A DNA stretch of 62,079 nucleotides, counting the filler. It is 7 parts of 7 records of this genome, joined end to end, with 100 filler letters (N's around TTAATTAATTAA, not from the genome) between each part and the next. Parts side by side here need not be neighbours in the genome. Positions count along the whole stretch, not along the records: positions 50,395 to 56,749 come from SRR2962707_2999; positions 56,850 to 62,079 come from SRR2962707_3016; 5 more parts are not named here. One strand, written 5' to 3'. The position numbers and the translations under genes are program-made. The notes under the pieces are model-generated. The model saw only the letters and a list, made by a program, of their open reading frames with translations. It was not told where the DNA came from and did no database searches. Shown one piece after another: positions 50,295-61,894 of this stretch. The first letter of the stretch is position 1. Every line of letters begins with the position of its first letter.

Positions 50295-50394
50295 NNNNNN
50301 NNNNNNNNNNNNNNNNNNNNNNNNNNNNNNNNNNNNNNTTAATTAATTAANNNNNNNNNNNNNNNNNNNNNNNNNNNNNNNNNNNNNNNNNNNN
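50295..50394. other. Artificial contig linker
   Basis: 44 N + TTAATTAATTAA + 44 N. Confidence 0.98.
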
Positions 50395-50590
50395 CTCACT
50401 CGCAAAGACTCACGAAGACTCACTCACGAAGTCGCTCACTCACGAAGACTCCCAAGGAATGAATGCCTCACGAGAACTCTTCATCATGAGTGCGCACAAC
50501 AACTCACGGAGACTCGCCATGACTCTCGAAAACTCACGGAGACCCAATCACACCGGCTCAGTCACAAAGACTCCGTCACTCACTCACGCT
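50395..50590 (+). repeat. Clustered ACTCACG(A/G)AG motif repeats upstream of the PX gene
   Basis: actcacgaag x3 (50409-50447) and actcacggag x2 (~50502, ~50532), plus variants. Confidence 0.7.
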
Positions 50591-50960
50591 TACCCCCTCA
50601 TTCTTGCTCCTGCTGCCTGCTCCTGCTGCCTGCTCCTGCTGCTGCTTCTGCTGCTGCTCCTGCCCTGCTCGCTCGTGGCGGCCCTTTCGCACACTCCTTC
50701 GCCACGTTCCCACCCGACGACGAGGTAGCCCTCGGCGTTCAATAGAAGCCTGATTGTGAACCACCAACCCGATCTGAGAACGCAGAGAGTGCAGCACAGC
50801 TTGACAAAAACAACCAAATCGAAAGAAAGGAAGGACGAACAAAAAAAACAGAAAAAAAAACAAGCGCCGGGCCGCGGTTCTTCAACTCAACTTGCCGGCT
50901 GTTCTTGCTGGGTGAGCAGCAGTATTGGGAGCCCCACCCCACCCCACCCGCATCTGCCAC

Positions 50961-53900
50961 ATGCCAGTCAGTCGCCGGCGCGCCCAGTCTGCGCCGAACC
51001 AAGAAGGCGATGAGAATGCAGTTCCTACCGCAGTACCCAACACACCCACGGTGGTGCAGTCCACGAAGAAACGACTTACTCTGCTCGAACGCCAAGCTCA
51101 GTATTCGGCCCAGTATGTAGCAAGAGGCCATTCGTTGTACAGCTGTGCTCACCTTCACCCCCCATTTCCTGCTTCGTCGCTCGCAGCTTATCTGTGTTGT
51201 TTGGTTTCATTCAGAAAAATCGCGGCGAAAACACCGTCTCGCAGCCGTGCAGCGTCGCACGGCCAACAGAGATCCATTCGTAGTGTGCGAAGCAAGGCAC
51301 TCAGCGCCCGTGGTCAGTGCCGGACTGGGCGTTGCTGCTGCACTCAACATCACGTAGAATGCACACGCACCCTTGCACAGTTGTTCTGAATTTGCCCTTC
51401 GTTGCGTCCTTGCATCTAGATGCCAAGCGTGAAGCAGCGATTGCCCAAGCCACTAACCGCCAACTGCAACAGTCAACGTCGAAGCGAGGTGCTGGCAGCC
51501 GATTGTACTCAGCGACGGCGTCCTCAGCAATAAAGAAGCGGGTTGCACTGGGTGGGCTCGGCGGATCTTCAGGTGTCTCTGGCGTAACCCCTGCTCCACC
51601 GTCAGCCACCAAGGGCTTTGGAGGCGGTTCCAGGAGGTTTGCTGGACCCCATTCCCTGTATGATGTCGAGGTCGTGGACTCTGTTGGCTTGAGTCATGAA
51701 GAATGGAGGGACTTTCGCGGCGGTTGCCTCGACAAGACCGAGCAGCAACAATTGCAAGATGCCCAGCAGCAGCCACCGCTTTGCGATCAGCAGTTGCTTC
51801 CGCAACCAACGCGCACCGGCAACATCACGGCTCTGCAACAACGGAAGCGGGCCCCACGAGCACCGGGTCGGCCCAAGGATACACAATCGCAGTTGCCACC
51901 GCAAAAGAAAAGTGCGGAGGCAAACGAAGAAGCTGGCCAAGAAAGTGACGAGCAAGGCGGCTCTTCCACGACAAGTGGGTTCTACCATACTTCAGGGCAG
52001 GCAGTTGACGACGCATTTCCACAAAAAATCAGCCAAAGCAATGACACCTTGGACACAGAACACGCGATGGTTCAGCAGCTCCTAAAACGCACAGAAGTGG
52101 AACACAAAAAGCAGCTGGCGCAGGCTCTGCGCGAGCAGGAAGAAAAGCTTGTTGCAAGCCAAAACGAGATGCGACGCAGGCTGGAGGAAGAAAAACAAGC
52201 TCAGCAAAAAGACTCTGAGCAAGCGATGAAAAAAATTATCGCGGAGTGCCAGGCACGTGATAGCAAATGCATGCCACACTGGGCATCCCACCACGCGTGC
52301 ATCCCACGTGCAGCTGGTGCATACTGATCTCACCTCACCTGTTGCAGTCACGTCGAATCTTCTGCGTGAAACTCGATTTTCTTCAATGCATTGCTTGTTC
52401 TACGCTGAAGTGGTTCAAGCATACTGACAGATTGGCATCTGTGCATTTGTCTCTGGGCCATAGGAAGCGTGGGTGGTCATGCAAGGCTTCCGGAAAGAAA
52501 TAAAAATGGGGCAAGAGCGAATCGATGAGCTTGAAGGCATGCTTGCCAAAGAGCGTCAACAGAGACAGGCAGAGTTGGTGAGGGAACTCGCTGCTCTGAA
52601 AAGAAAGTACGAAGCTGACCTGGCACAGCTCCGCGGGCTTCACGAGGCGCAGCGCACGACGGCTTTGGCGCAGTTGCAGAGAGAGTATAATGCCGAAATA
52701 TTGGCAAACAACCAAAAACATTCAGCCCAACTCAAGGTACGCCATGGCCGGGGCGTTCTGCGTGATCCTCGAATTCCTGGTGTGGTTGCCTACCCCACAC
52801 GCAAAAAACACACCAATAACGTTGCTGCCTTGGTCCTACGACAGGAAAAAAACAATGCCCATGCGCATGAAATTGAGGACATTTCAGCGAAACTGCAGTC
52901 GACTCATGAGCTCGAAATTGCAACTCTTCGCAACGAGTGGGAAGAGCAAGTGAAGAGCGCAACGGAGAGGGCTGAGGCCGCGTGGAAAGAAAAACAAGAT
53001 CATTGGAACAACGAAATGCTTGATCAGAAAAGTGCTTTTGCACAACTGCAAGCTGAATTCCATGCCCTAAAGCAGGCACATGCCGCACAGCAAGCAGCAC
53101 AGGCACAACAGGAGCAGTCAAGGAGTCAAGAGCTGAATGCACTGGAAGCCAAACATCGCCTGGAGGTTGAAGCCGCATCATCTCAAGTCGCCCACAATTT
53201 GGAGTCGCAACAACGGGCTGTCGCAGAGGCAGTCTCAGCTGCAACTCAAGAAGTTAAAGCTGTGGCAGGCGCAGAACTCCAGACTCTTCAAGCCCAAGCG
53301 GAGGCCAGAATTGCCACACTAACCACAAGGCAGCAGCAACTGGAGCTCGCCCTTCAGGAAAGCAAGCATCTTGTGAAGCAGCACGACGAGAGCAACGTTG
53401 CGCTGCGTGCTGAGTGTGATGTTGCCCGCGAACGCTTCAGCATTGAGATTGCGCGCGTTACAGAGGACCTGGCCAATGCCACAGATGCGCTGCAAGCTAG
53501 TCAAAATCAAGTTCAAATCATGGAAGCTTCATTGCAAGAGTTGCACCAAAAACTGCAAAATCAAACTGACGACTATCAAGAGCAGAAGCACCAATTGCAG
53601 GAGCAGTTGGCTTTGGCCAAAGCAGAAGCAGAGACAGCTACGTCCAATATTGTTGCCGCTCGGTCGATCACAATCTCGACTCAACAGTCCCTCCAATTGG
53701 CCGAGGCAAAAGTGGTGGAGCTTGAGCTGGCTGCCCGGCGATCAACATCTGTGTCGGAAACAGGCACCCAAACGGCCGAGCCAACAAACGCTGCGATGGC
53801 CTCCTCTCCGACCGACAAGGTGCTCGCCGGGGACGATTTGAGCGAGCAAATGGAAAAGTACATTTCAACCGTTGCCTCCCGCCTTGGGGTTGCAGCCGGA

Positions 53901-55188
53901 GTGCTCTGCTCCATTGCGGTGCGATCCGGCCTCATGCCGGCCTCACATCCGTTTGCGATGCAGTGTCGGCGCGTGGAACTCCCACAAGTGGGGGTATGTT
54001 TCGGAGACACTTGCCGCGTCGTTGTGCTCGATGCTACCGGTGCAGCCTCAGCACTGCTGTATAGGCTGCAGGTTTCTTTTCAAGGCCACTGTTGGCAACT
54101 ACGGCGGTCGAGGGCAGATTTGGATGCAATGCATGCATCGCTTACTGAACAAGGCGGAATTCCTGAGGATATTCTTCCCAGTTTGCCACAGAGGGAAGTT
54201 CCCACTGCTAAAAAGCCTCAACACCGCCGTTCAAGCCTGCTGAAAGACCTTTTCACCCCTGGAAAGTCAAAGAAAACGGGGGGAGGCAGCCATGGGGAGG
54301 CCTGCAATGCAGAGGGAACGCCACTCAAAGTTGTTGCAGACAGCGTGGGCCGCATAGAGACGTACTTGTCAGAGTTGCTCGACGACTTTCCCATCGACCA
54401 GGTGAGCCTCCCGCGCGCATTGATTACTTTGCTTTTACCAGTGCCTGTTGCCGTTTTGGTGTGTGTATGTTTGCGCTAGCCGAAGCGTGTTTCTCACACA
54501 GTGCCACGCACCACCATCGACTCGCAGGTTCTCCGTTGGCTTCAAGTGATGTCGTGCACCGATAAAGTGGTTGTTCAAATTTTGCAGGAGGATCGGAGGG
54601 CAAGTCGTCATATGGCGACGCCAACAACAGACAATTTGACTCCTCGAAAGCAACAGCCCTTGTCTCCAGGATCACGACGTCGCTCCGAGATACTTTCGGC
54701 AGTAGTTGGCGGCAGTAGCAGCGCCACGACGGCAGCAAACCACGGCCCGAGCTCCACGCAGCACTCCGACACGACAGCAGCGTGGCACTTTACCCTTCGA
54801 GTCAGTCAACATGGAAAAATCTGGACGATTGAGCGCAGTTACTCGCAACTTGTTGCTTTGCACGAAGGCCTGCTGCGAGAAGGACAACGTTGCCAGCAAA
54901 GGTACCGTGTCCCGGCGCTGCCACCGAGTGGGTGCACCCGCATGCAGGTAACGTTTTTTGTATGCACCGCCCTGAGCCGCCAGGGTGACATCCCCACCTG
55001 CTCAGCGAATGGTGCCCATCTTGGCCGTGCGAAAAATGGCTGCTCCACGGATTTGACTGGGCTGTGATTTATTGATTGTCTTCTGCCTGCAGATTCAAGA
55101 TTACCTAGACGCTGTCAACCAGCTTGACATAGCGCCACTCCGTGGCGCGTTCCACAGTTTTCTGGAGGTGGAGGAAAAGGATCGGTGA
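50961..55188 (+). CDS. Long coiled-coil protein with two C-terminal PX-like domains
   Basis: Manual ~7-exon model ending IQDYLDAV...FHSFLEVEEKDR*. Q/E/A-rich heptads across 52070-53740. PX-like segments: LYRLQVSFQGHCWQLRRSRADLDAMHASL..LPSLP and FTLRVSQHGKIWTIERSYSQLVALHEGLL..VPALPP. Confidence 0.62.
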
Positions 55189-55523
55189 TGGCAATAGGGC
55201 CTAGCATGATTGAGCGTGGCACATCGGCAGGATGCAAGCGAGTAGATCCGCGCAACTCTTTCGGTGGAGTTCATGGCTGGAGTGGAGAACACAAGCAGTT
55301 GAATTTATTAATAAGCAGGGGCCATGAAATTGCAGATAATTTATTGCCTACAGTGTGATTATTGAACGGTCTCCGCAGTCGTGGCTCTCGCAGACTCTCG
55401 AATTGTCCCACATTGGCACAGGGCATGCAGTGAGGACTGGCGCAAAGGCGAGCAGGGAGCGTGGTGGAAGTGGACGAAGGTGTAGCCGGGTGCGGGTCGT
55501 GTCACATTGGCAAGGCAATAACG

Positions 55524-56663
55524 TTACAAGTTCTTGAACACACTGCCCTGGTGCTTGCTGGCACGAGTGTACAGGTCTTCAATCTCTTTGACTCCCACTT
55601 CTTTCTGCCCATTGAAACTCCACGTCGGAAGAGCCTCGATTCCAGCGGCTTGGCACTTTTCGGGTTGCTTGTAGCAGTCCACGTACACCAGCTGCTTGCA
55701 AGCTTCGCCAAACAATTCCAGCTGGCGGACGGTGTTGGGCTCCGAGTTGGAGCCGTAGAGCACCACGCCCTTCTTGACCAGGTGGTCCGCGATCTCACCT
55801 TGGCGTACGGCAAACGGTGTTTGCGGTCGGTTGTCCACGATGGCCCACTTGCGGGCCGGGTTGGCGCGGTCCTGCACGATCAGGTAAAGGAACTCGCCTG
55901 CGTCCATATCCTTGCTGATGTCCGCGTACACGACGCCCTTGCGGCTGGTGCCTTCGATGTTGAACATCACACGCGTGTGATGCACGCCGTTCTCATCGTC
56001 GTATTCAACGTGGTCAACAAAGTTGCGGCGGCCCTCGACCTTGCCCATACCGGCGGCACCACGGCTGCGGTCCCGACCGTAGGCCTTCAGGTTCTTGCCA
56101 AAGTAGTTGGTGATGCGCGGCTCCCGCTGCAGGCGTTCGAACGCAGAGTCGAACACAGCGTTGGGGCTCATCTTCGTGGGCATGAGTTCCTTCACAATGA
56201 GCCCGCCGCAGACGAGCACGAGGCCGGCGAGTCCAAGCTGGAGCGACAGCGTCATCCCAGTCTTGACGCCCTTGGCGACCGTCCAGGTCTGCAGCTGAGT
56301 CTGGTTGGGGTCGTTGCCGTACCCAGATTGCTTCTTCGTCTGCTGCTGCTGCTGCTTGTTCGGGTTGCCGCCTCCCTTCGCGTCCTCAGCAAGAGTGCGG
56401 CGCGCTCCTCCTCGAGCAGCAGCAGAAGAAGAAGAAGACGAAGACGAGTTGGACGTGCGCGTGCGCGTCAAAGGCCTCGCTGCTGTGCGCAGCAGTGCGC
56501 GCTGCTGGTGGTGCTGCTGGTGGTGGGGTAGTTTTAGGAGTAGTAGCCCACGGTGGGGCGAGGCACCGTATTTGCGAGCGGTGGCTGCGACTCCACGCCG
56601 GCCCAGCGCCACCGCGAGGAAGTGCTGCTGAGAAGAGGAGACCAGGCGCCCGAAGAGCGACAT
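55524..56663 (-). CDS. TIM21: TIM21-family mitochondrial inner-membrane protein fused to a C-terminal thioredoxin-fold domain (379 aa, intronless)
   Basis: Basic presequence and a single TM (LGLAGLVLVCGGLIV). TIM21 motifs ELMPTKMSPNAVFDSAF, LKAYG, RVMFNIEG..KGVVYA, FLYLIV. The C-terminus IADHL..VLYG..QLELFG..YVDC..CQAAGIEALPTW..NG resembles the VKOR/LTO1-associated Trx-like domain. Confidence 0.82.
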   Translation of the reverse strand: MSLFGRLVSSSQQHFLAVALGRRGVAATARKYGASPHRGLLLLKLPHHQQHHQQRALLRTAARPLTRTRTSNSSSSSSSSAAARGGARRTLAEDAKGGGNPNKQQQQQTKKQSGYGNDPNQTQLQTWTVAKGVKTGMTLSLQLGLAGLVLVCGGLIVKELMPTKMSPNAVFDSAFERLQREPRITNYFGKNLKAYGRDRSRGAAGMGKVEGRRNFVDHVEYDDENGVHHTRVMFNIEGTSRKGVVYADISKDMDAGEFLYLIVQDRANPARKWAIVDNRPQTPFAVRQGEIADHLVKKGVVLYGSNSEPNTVRQLELFGEACKQLVYVDCYKQPEKCQAAGIEALPTWSFNGQKEVGVKEIEDLYTRASKHQGSVFKNL

Positions 56664-56749
56664 AGTGAGCTGTGGAGCACACACACAAAAGCACACACCC
56701 ACACACAAGAAAGCACAGAGACGGACGGAGGGAGGGAGGGAGGGAGGGA

Positions 56750-56849
56750 NNNNNNNNNNNNNNNNNNNNNNNNNNNNNNNNNNNNNNNNNNNNTTAATTA
56801 ATTAANNNNNNNNNNNNNNNNNNNNNNNNNNNNNNNNNNNNNNNNNNNN
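56750..56849. other. Artificial contig linker
   Basis: 44 N + TTAATTAATTAA + 44 N. Confidence 0.98.
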
Positions 56850-57080
56850 TTGTTTCTCTTGTTTCTTTTTTTTTTTTTTCTTGCTTGTTTATTGCGTTCA
56901 TGGCACTTTTTCGCGGCTGTTTGGTTCTGTGAACAAAGTTGCTGCTTTGCCCTCCCCCTCCCCAGCTGCAATGCTGTCCGACCCATGACGTCAGCAGATC
57001 ATCTGCGTGGGCACCAGCAGCAGTGGGGGTGACTTTCAACGAGTGTGCCGTCTGTTGGGTCAAGTCAGGCACGCAGCAGA

Positions 57081-58909
57081 ATGCTACGGCGCTCTACTTT
57101 TGATCGAGTGTACGAGTACTGCTACAGCCGCATTGAGTCGGGCGAATTTGCCCTCGACGCAGAAGCGGTCGAGCAGGATCTTGCTCACCTCATTCGTCAG
57201 CAGCCGCAGCAGCGTGAGCGTGACCGTGAGCGTAAGAGTGAGAGTGAGCAAGGTCACGCCATCGAGCCAGAGGCAGAGCTTGAGCGTGCGGTTGAGGGCG
57301 AGCAGGAGCAGCAGCAGGAGCGAGAGCAAGGGTATGGGTGTGAGCGCGAGGGCGAGCAAGATCATGACCGACCAGTGACGCCTGTTCGGACGGGAGCTGC
57401 AGCGCGAAGCGGCGGCAGCAGGTCTGCAGCAGCGCCTGGCCCAGCAGATTTCGAAGCTCACGAACGAGGTGCTGCGCCTCTTGAGTCTCGCTCGATTTGG
57501 ATGTCGCTTGATTTGGATGTGGTGACGAGCATCTTCCGGTCCTGCTATAAAGGTTTTATGAAGGCCAATGCACGCTTGTTTCGAGTGGACGCTGCGAAGG
57601 CACGCAAGTTCCTAGACCTTTGGCGCCGCGGTGCAGAACCACCGTCACTGTTGATGATCGCACGGCAGCACAAGCTGCCGCCTATGAAAGTTGCCAAAGC
57701 CGTCCTCAACACCCTGAATATTGCAAAGCCGCCGCTTGCTGCGGAGCAAGCAGGTCCAGGCTCCTCAGCAGAATCTGCTGCTGCCGATGCGTTGTCGAGC
57801 AGGACCAGTCCGTTGCCCAATCATTCGAAGCCGCTGGTGAAGGTCTGTCGAAACTGCGTTTTGATGCGAGCAGCGTACCTTGCAGGTCCCCTAACTCCGA
57901 CGATGGTTCATTGGTAGGTCGAAGACAACACATCGCTTTTGGCGTTTGATCCTCGATTGCGACGTGACATTGAGGTACGCTCGCTGACGTTGGTGATTGA
58001 ACCATTTTTTCCGGGCTTACGTGGCTTACTTGAAAGATTCACGTGTGCGGCAGGAGTGTGTTGCTATGGATCGATTCGAGGGCCCGGACAGCGAAATTGA
58101 GAGGCAAAGCATCGGTCAAGAATACGAGTGCGTACGAAACGCGCGCTTGGTTTCCGCCGATCGTTCCAGATGCATCGTACACGCTACACGTCTCATGTAA
58201 ACACTGCACTTACTCTTAGGTACATCTTGCAGGAAACGCTTCGCAACATTGGGGTTCCTTTTCAGCTCGAAGGACACTTACGCGAGCAGGGACTAGTGGT
58301 GTGTTTTCAACCACGACCTGAAGACCCGCTCCACCGTGGGTTGCCAGTCGCTGGCTCACCCGTCGGTGCTTTTTTGTGTTTGCGCCGCAGGCAACACCAG
58401 ACACGCTCCTCGTTGTCCCTGCTGTTGTGCACAACCCTGTGACAAATCAGGTCCGTCGAACAATTGATGTGTTGCGTCTTCGAGAAAAAAATAATGAGCG
58501 CTCTGGCGCGCTGAGTGAAACGCCTGAGCTTTTGATTTTCTTTTTTTTGTTTTTGCGCTGCTGGCCGTCTCTGTCCCAGTCGCACGTTGTCAACTGGATC
58601 GAAAGCAAGGCAATGTTCGGCGACCCCGCACAGCATAAGGACAACTTTTATCAGCTGGAGAAATACGTGGAACGGTATGGTGTCACATTGCGGTCTCGCC
58701 TTGGTTCAAGCACCGATCGCTTGCGTGGAGCACTTCGACCGCTCACTTTGCCTGCTTCAATTCCTGGCGCTGGTAGGTACGGGCCTGGAATGGTCGTGTA
58801 TTGGTTCGGTTATGTAGAAGGCCTCAACAACCCCAACGACGACGGCTGGCCGTGGGATGACCTTATCCTCGTCGTCAGCAGGATTCCTCCCGAGATGCGT
58901 GCAAGGTAG
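57081..58909 (+). CDS. CDIN1: CDAN1-interacting nuclease 1 (C15orf41/TPD-domain) homolog
   Basis: Spliced ~7-exon model gives IGQEYEYILQETL..GVPFQLEGHLREQG..TPD, VNWIESKAMFGD, QLEKYVERYGPGMVVYWFGYV, which are hallmark C15orf41 motifs. Confidence 0.88.
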
Positions 58910-59127
58910 CTCGCCGCAGTGCTTTTCAACGGAGCGAATTGTTGAAACAACAGCGAATTGGTGAAACAACACTGCGTTTGGACCGCTCTGGTCACAACAA
59001 CCGACACACGCGTGAAAACTAAATAAAATAAATTTACATTGACAAGCGATTATTGCCTGCCCTTGCTTCTTTTTAAAACAACATACACTCCAAGAATAAA
59101 GTAGCAAGCCAAAACTTGGCCGACAGC

Positions 59128-61560
59128 TTAGCTGCCGCAGTTGAGGCACTCTTCCTGCTCAATCACGTGAAGTTTCGGCTTGACAACGGCGGGAATATCA
59201 TTGGCGGCAACGCCCTTGGTCAAGGCAGCATTCTTGGCCGCGGCATTCTTGGCGCGCGTGGCCGCGAGGGCCTTCTTGTCTACAGTAAACTGAATAGCAT
59301 TCGCCTTCGGCCGCGTGCGCAGGTAGTACATGCCGGTCTTGAGACCATTTTTCCACGCGAAGAAGTGCATCGAGGACATCTTGGGCATTGTCGGGGCCGC
59401 CATGTGCACATTCAGTGACTGCGACTGGCAGATGAACGGAGCGCGGTCGATGGCGAGCTGCAGCATGTGCTTTTGCGGGATTTCCCAGACCGTCTTGTAG
59501 AGGTCCTTCAACTCCTGTGGCAGAGCGTGCACGTTCTGGACGGAGCCTCCGTCAGCGATGATCTGATTGCGGATCTCTTCCGTCCAGAAGCCACCCTCGA
59601 TCAAGTCGCGGAGCATGTGGCGGTTGACTACTGTGAACTCGCCTGCCAAAACGCGGCGCGCGTATACGTTCGACGTGAACGGTTCGAAGCACTCGTTGTT
59701 TCCCAAAATCTGCGACGTGGAGGCCGTGGGCATGGGCGCAATAAGCAGAGAGTTGCGCACACCGTGCTTCAAAACATCGGCGCGCAAGGTTGCCCAGTCG
59801 AAGCGGCTGGAAGGCGTCACGCCCCAGAGGTCAAACTGGAACTTGCCCTTGGACATTGGGGAGCCTTCGTACGTCTTGTACGGGCCCTCAACCTTAGCAA
59901 CTTCCATGGAAGCGGTGACGGCACCGTAGTACAAGGCTTCGAAGATATCCTTGTTAAGTTGGCGAGCGCCGTCGCTCTCGAAGGGGAGGCGCATCATGGC
60001 GAACGTGTCTGCAAGACCCTGCACGCCGATACCAACTGGGCGGTGGCGCATGTTCGAGTTGTACGCTTCCTCCACGGGGTAAAAATTGGCATCGATGACG
60101 CGGTTGAGGTTCTTGGCGACCACGCGAGTGATGCGGACGAGCTCGTCGAAGTCGAAGCTGCGGTCCGGTCCGTAAGCGTTCTTGACAAACTTGCTGAGGT
60201 TGACGGAGGCGAGATTGCACACGGCAACTTCGTCGGGGGCGGTGTACTCCATGATCTCCGTGCACAGGTTGGAAGAGCGGATGGTGCCCAGGTTTTGCTG
60301 GTTGCTCTTGCGGTTGCAGGCGTCCTTGTACAGCATGTACGGGGTACCAGTTTCAATCTGTGACTGGCAGATCTTCATCCACAGCGACTGCGCCTTCATG
60401 GTCTTGCGAGCAAGTCCGGGTGTGGCCTCGTACTTCTTGTACAGGGTCTCGAACTCCTCGGAGTGCACGTCCGCGAGCCCGGGAGCCTCGTTGGGGCAGA
60501 ACAGAGACCACTCTTTGTTGGCCTTGACGCGCTCCATGAAGAGATCTGGCACCCAGAGTGCGTAGAAGAGGTCCCGAGCGCGGTTCTCTTCCTTGCCGTG
60601 GTTCTTCTTCAGCTCAAGGAATTCTTCGACATCAGCGTGCCACGGCTCCAGGTAGATGGCAAAGGAGCCCTTGCGCTTGCCTCCGCCCTGGTCCACGTAG
60701 CGGGCGGTGTCGTTGAACACACGCAGCATGGGCACCAATCCGTTGGAGGACCCGTTCGTGCCGCAGATGTATGAGCCTTGTGCTCGGATCTTGTGCATGG
60801 ACAAGCCGATGCCGCCAGCATACTTGGAAATGGAGGCGCAGCGCTTGAGCGTCTCGAAGATTCCATCGATGGAGTCATCCTTCATCGTGAGGAGGAAGCA
60901 CGACGACATCTGAGGGCGGGGCGTTCCCGAGTTGAACAGGGTTGGCGTGGCGTGGATGAAGTACTTCTGGGACATGAGGTTGTACGTTTGCAGAGCTGAC
61001 TTGAGGTCCTTCTTGTGCATGCCGATGGACACTCGCATGAAGAGGTGCTGCGGGCGCTCGGAGATTTTGCCGTTCATCTTGAGCAAGTAGCTGCGGCACA
61101 GGGTCATGAAGCCGAAGTAGTCGAACTCAAAGTCACGATCGTAGTCGATGGCAGCGTCAATCTCCGCTGCATTTTCCATAATGACTTCGAAGACGTCGTC
61201 AGCCAGCAGGGCAGCGGGTTTCCCCGTCACAGGGTGCACGTAGGAGTGCAGCTTCTTGGCGAGTTCGGAGAACTTGTTGTCGGTCTTTTTGTGCAAGTTG
61301 GAGATCTCGATCCGTGCAGCCAGCTTGTTGAAGTCCGGGTGCTGCGTGGCGAAGGACGCCGCAGTCTCGGCAGCCAGCGTGTCGAGTTCTTCCGTGGTGA
61401 CGCCTGAGTACACGCCCTGCACGACTTTCTGGGCGATGACGACGGGGTCGACGTAGTCGGGGTTCAGCCCGGTGCAGAGCTTCATGAGACGAGAGGTGAT
61501 CTTGTCGAACTTGACCTCCTCCTGGGTTCCGTTGCGCTTCAGCACGTACATCTTCGGCAT
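59128..61560 (-). CDS. RNR1: Ribonucleoside-diphosphate reductase large subunit (class Ia, eukaryotic type), intronless
   Basis: ATP cone ([15 protein letters not shown]), [16 protein letters not shown], loop 2 [48 protein letters not shown]-terminal CLNCGS. Confidence 0.98.
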   Translation of the reverse strand: MPKMYVLKRNGTQEEVKFDKITSRLMKLCTGLNPDYVDPVVIAQKVVQGVYSGVTTEELDTLAAETAASFATQHPDFNKLAARIEISNLHKKTDNKFSELAKKLHSYVHPVTGKPAALLADDVFEVIMENAAEIDAAIDYDRDFEFDYFGFMTLCRSYLLKMNGKISERPQHLFMRVSIGMHKKDLKSALQTYNLMSQKYFIHATPTLFNSGTPRPQMSSCFLLTMKDDSIDGIFETLKRCASISKYAGGIGLSMHKIRAQGSYICGTNGSSNGLVPMLRVFNDTARYVDQGGGKRKGSFAIYLEPWHADVEEFLELKKNHGKEENRARDLFYALWVPDLFMERVKANKEWSLFCPNEAPGLADVHSEEFETLYKKYEATPGLARKTMKAQSLWMKICQSQIETGTPYMLYKDACNRKSNQQNLGTIRSSNLCTEIMEYTAPDEVAVCNLASVNLSKFVKNAYGPDRSFDFDELVRITRVVAKNLNRVIDANFYPVEEAYNSNMRHRPVGIGVQGLADTFAMMRLPFESDGARQLNKDIFEALYYGAVTASMEVAKVEGPYKTYEGSPMSKGKFQFDLWGVTPSSRFDWATLRADVLKHGVRNSLLIAPMPTASTSQILGNNECFEPFTSNVYARRVLAGEFTVVNRHMLRDLIEGGFWTEEIRNQIIADGGSVQNVHALPQELKDLYKTVWEIPQKHMLQLAIDRAPFICQSQSLNVHMAAPTMPKMSSMHFFAWKNGLKTGMYYLRTRPKANAIQFTVDKKALAATRAKNAAAKNAALTKGVAANDIPAVVKPKLHVIEQEECLNCGS

Positions 61561-61894
61561 CTTCTATTGGACTGGCTCTGTGTGTGCTCGATGAGTTTGC
61601 TGCTGCTGTTGTTGTTGGGGCGGAGGAGTCAGCGAGGGAGGTTGTTGTTGTTGTTGTTTCAAAACCAAGGAAGGAAGCCGAAAACAAAAAAAAAACGAAG
61701 GCACCAGAGCAGCAGCACTTTCGCACAGTTCTTCTCCATGCTTCGCTTTGTTCCCTCGCCTCGCTCACTCAGCCACGTGCACGCGCGTGCTCGTAGTCTT
61801 CCGCACTCGCACACTCACACACTCACACCACCTCTCACTACCTTGCTTCGTCGTGTTGTGAGCACACTTCCAAGGCGAGGCGAATGTTGGGAGA

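Noticed and set aside
13939-56849. Six identical TTAATTAATTAA elements flanked by Ns
   Set aside because: The fixed 44+12+44 layout with six-frame stops marks a pseudomolecule linker, not a biological repeat, TSD or CRISPR repeat.
59128-61560. Viral (NCLDV) origin of the intronless RNR1
   Set aside because: It is a canonical eukaryotic sequence with ATP cone and C-terminal CxxC, a host-style low-complexity upstream region and an intron-rich neighbour.
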